Shown piece by piece: positions 61,627-64,000 of a stretch of DNA of 64,000 nt. Where the stretch lies: positions 14,322,001 through 14,386,000 of the forward strand of contig JAQFVV010000005.1 in the NCBI GenBank assembly GCA_028023455.1. The letters run 5' to 3'. Position 1 is the first letter of the stretch; each line of letters starts with the position of its first letter. The notes below the pieces were generated by a model. It did no database searches, had not been told where the DNA came from, and saw only the letters and a program-made list of their open reading frames with translations. A program made the position numbers and the translations under genes. Source of the stretch: Epiperipatus broadwayi. Lineage: Eukaryota; Animalia; Onychophora.

Positions 61627-63530
61627 GATTAATCTATCATTTCTTGTAACTGAATATCACATGACCTTCCAAACAACTAACTAATTGATTATTTCAATAT
61701 TAGAATTTTTTGTTGTCATTTACACTGGACTTTCTAAATAATTTTACATCATTTTTTCATTGTTTAATTGGGGTTCATGAATCAAAGATTAATCTATTTC
61801 TTGTGTTTGAATATCAAATGATCTCACAAATACATCATTTTTTCACTGTTTAAATAATTAACATATGTAGCATAAAAATAGTGATTTTAAACGTCGATAC
61901 ATGGACAAGTATATATAATGAAATGTGTTTACCAAAACAGTAAAAAAATATGTTGTTTTTGCTAGCTTTTAATTATAATTATTGGAGATTTTATATCATT
62001 ATATTTGTTTATCATTTAGTACATGCTTAACAGATCGATAGATAACTGGTGAGTTATATTTTAATTGTCAAAACTGACTTATGTAATTAAATAAGATATG
62101 TTACTGCCCTCTGTAATGTGTAACTTATATAGTTTAAAATTTTTTTTTCGAGTCCAGCGTCTAAGTTTTTGTATTCATCTCGAGTATCAAGTGATTGAAA
62201 AGCTGGGAGTTCTTGCATTGATATCCACTGAGGAAAAATGAAAAACAAATCTAATTTTAATCAATTGAATAGAAATGTGCTCTTTACCTTAATGGTTATA
62301 TGTTGTATGCTTAGTCTGATTGTACAATAAATTCAAATTATTTGTAGGTCACTGGTTACAAATTTAATACCTTTGTCAATATATGTTTAGTATCTCCATT
62401 GTAAAATAATTAAACTTCATGCCTTCATATAGCTAATTGTGTATGCAAATCAAATTAGAATTTTATTGCATGCAGATATTTTTATAGTAGAGAATTAAAA
62501 GAAAATAATTAGAAATTTTACTCAATATTAATTCCATCAATACCAAAACGACTTTAAGATGAGATTGTCAGTAGCAAATTTGACTTTATAAACATAGTTA
62601 TTCAAGAGATGTATAAGTTATTATACAGTGAAATATTTATTAGGCACAGTTAATGCTGTTTACAAATACTTTTTGCCCCTTATTGCATTCAACTGTTTAT
62701 GAAACATGACATTGATTAAATTGAGAATTCAGATAAAAGACTACCCTTACTAATGATTTAAAAACAATACAAAAAATATGAGTGTGCGTGTATCTGATGC
62801 AGATGTAGAACTTATTGAAGTTAGAGAAGAGATGTAGAAAAGAAACGGAATATTAAGAGTGAAGAAAATTGAAAAGGATTCTATCCTACTTCCTAAATCA
62901 AACATGGGCAACATTTTTCAAAAAAGGAGCTTTGTGAGATATTGTTATAAATCAGATCACATCATTTAAAAAAAAAAATTAAACTGCCTTTAGTACAAAG
63001 TATATTGAAATTATTTTTAAAGAAAATTTATGAAAGTTTTTCTATAACAGAAAATATGAATTATGAATTTTAGAGAAAGTATAAAAATGAAGCTTGCAAA
63101 ATTTTAATAAAAAATTGTTGTGCTGGTATAATTGTGAATTATGTGATTCAGAAAGCTATAAAGGGTTACAAGTTGCCCATATCTGGCCAAGATGCTTGAA
63201 CCAGCCTTCAAGTGAAAAAAATGTAAAAGGAACAGAATTTGATAAAAACTTTTCCTATTTTAAACATGAAATCTTGTTACAAGTTTTTTTTTCCAAAATG
63301 AAAAATTTAAATAATAGTAAGATTGGAAACTTTTGAGGGTCTTAATCCAGTATTCCACAACCTTTTTCTAATTGCAACTCTTTATAATAACGTGAAACAC
63401 ATTTACATAAAAATATTTTTATGTAAAATCTATATTTCGTGTTAATATATACACACATAAACCATAAGATAAATAAATATATTTACAAACACTAATAAAC
63501 AATTACCATATCTACAAATGATAATTTTAT

Positions 63531-63576
63531 AATACTGAGCACTTTCGAAGGTCTAAGCCTTCATTTTCAAAGAAGT
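63531..63576 (-). ncRNA. Hammerhead motif with U3-A8 variant core
   Basis: acttct TTGAAAA T GAAGG cttaga CCTTC GAA AGTGCT C agtatt. Stem II is a perfect 5 bp, GAAA is intact, stem III is self-complementary and the triplet is CUC. Stem I has only 4/6 pairs. Confidence 0.65.
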
Positions 63577-63734
63577 AGCTGGATTCCGAAGATGTAAATT
63601 AGGGTGGATTAGATTTTCGTTGACCTAGATTTGCCATGAATAAAAAAGAAATATTTTACGCCATCTCTAGGAAGTGACAAATCTAGGTCAACGAAAATCT
63701 GATCCACTCTAATTTACATCTTCGGATTCCAGCT

Positions 63735-63780
63735 AATTATTTGAAAATGAAGGCTTAGACCTTCAAAAGCGCTCAGTATT
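63735..63780 (+). ncRNA. Sister U3-A8 hammerhead motif with G12>A
   Basis: aattat TTGAAAA T GAAGG cttaga CCTTC AAA AGCGCT C agtatt; stem III is the perfect palindrome AGCGCT. Confidence 0.55.
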
Positions 63781-64000
63781 ATAAAATTATCATTTGTAGA
63801 TACGTTAATTGTTTATTAGTGTTTGTAAATATAGAAACATTATTTATTTATCTTATGGTTTATGTGTGTATATATTAACGCAAAATATAGATTTTACATA
63901 TATATAAACTAACACATAGTTGAATGTTAAACATTACAAAAAATATCTTTAATAAGATAAAGAAATCTTATTAAAAAGACTTTTCCAACAGTTTCTATAT

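Larger units (their letters stand above)
63420..63900. repeat. Fold-back (about 217-bp arms, about 40-nt loop) with a variant hammerhead motif in each arm
   Basis: 63420-63636 is the reverse complement of 63676-63900 with few mismatches. Confidence 0.93.

Overview
A very AT-rich (by eye about three-quarters A+T), repeat-dense eukaryotic window, most likely from an invertebrate animal; the species cannot be determined here. There is one clearly intact coding region: a 697-aa tandem C2H2 zinc-finger ORF (25590-27683, minus strand, 22 intact fingers). Two decayed paralogues lie at about 5.8-7.6 kb and 48.7-50.5 kb. With a 4.2-kb LINE-fossil block present twice (about 19.0-23.2 and 35.4-39.8 kb), this points to an old tandem segmental duplication and birth-and-death evolution of a ZF cluster. 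The rest is mostly transposon debris: RTE-clade and other LINE fragments, Penelope-like elements (RT and GIY-YIG remnants), tRNA-derived retroposons, and hAT, Mutator-like and Kolobok-like MITEs. Three patterns stand out. (1) About a dozen long fold-back inverted repeats, several carrying minimal type-I hammerhead ribozyme motifs with palindromic stem III from at least four unrelated sequence families; one family has a compensatory U3-A8 core. (2) Essentially all recognisable retroelement ORF fragments and all three ZF copies lie on the minus strand. (3) Repeat copies differ mainly by CpG transitions. No CRISPR array, rRNA or convincing viral or mitochondrial insert was seen. All assignments come from manual reading and translation; no database search or folding program was run.
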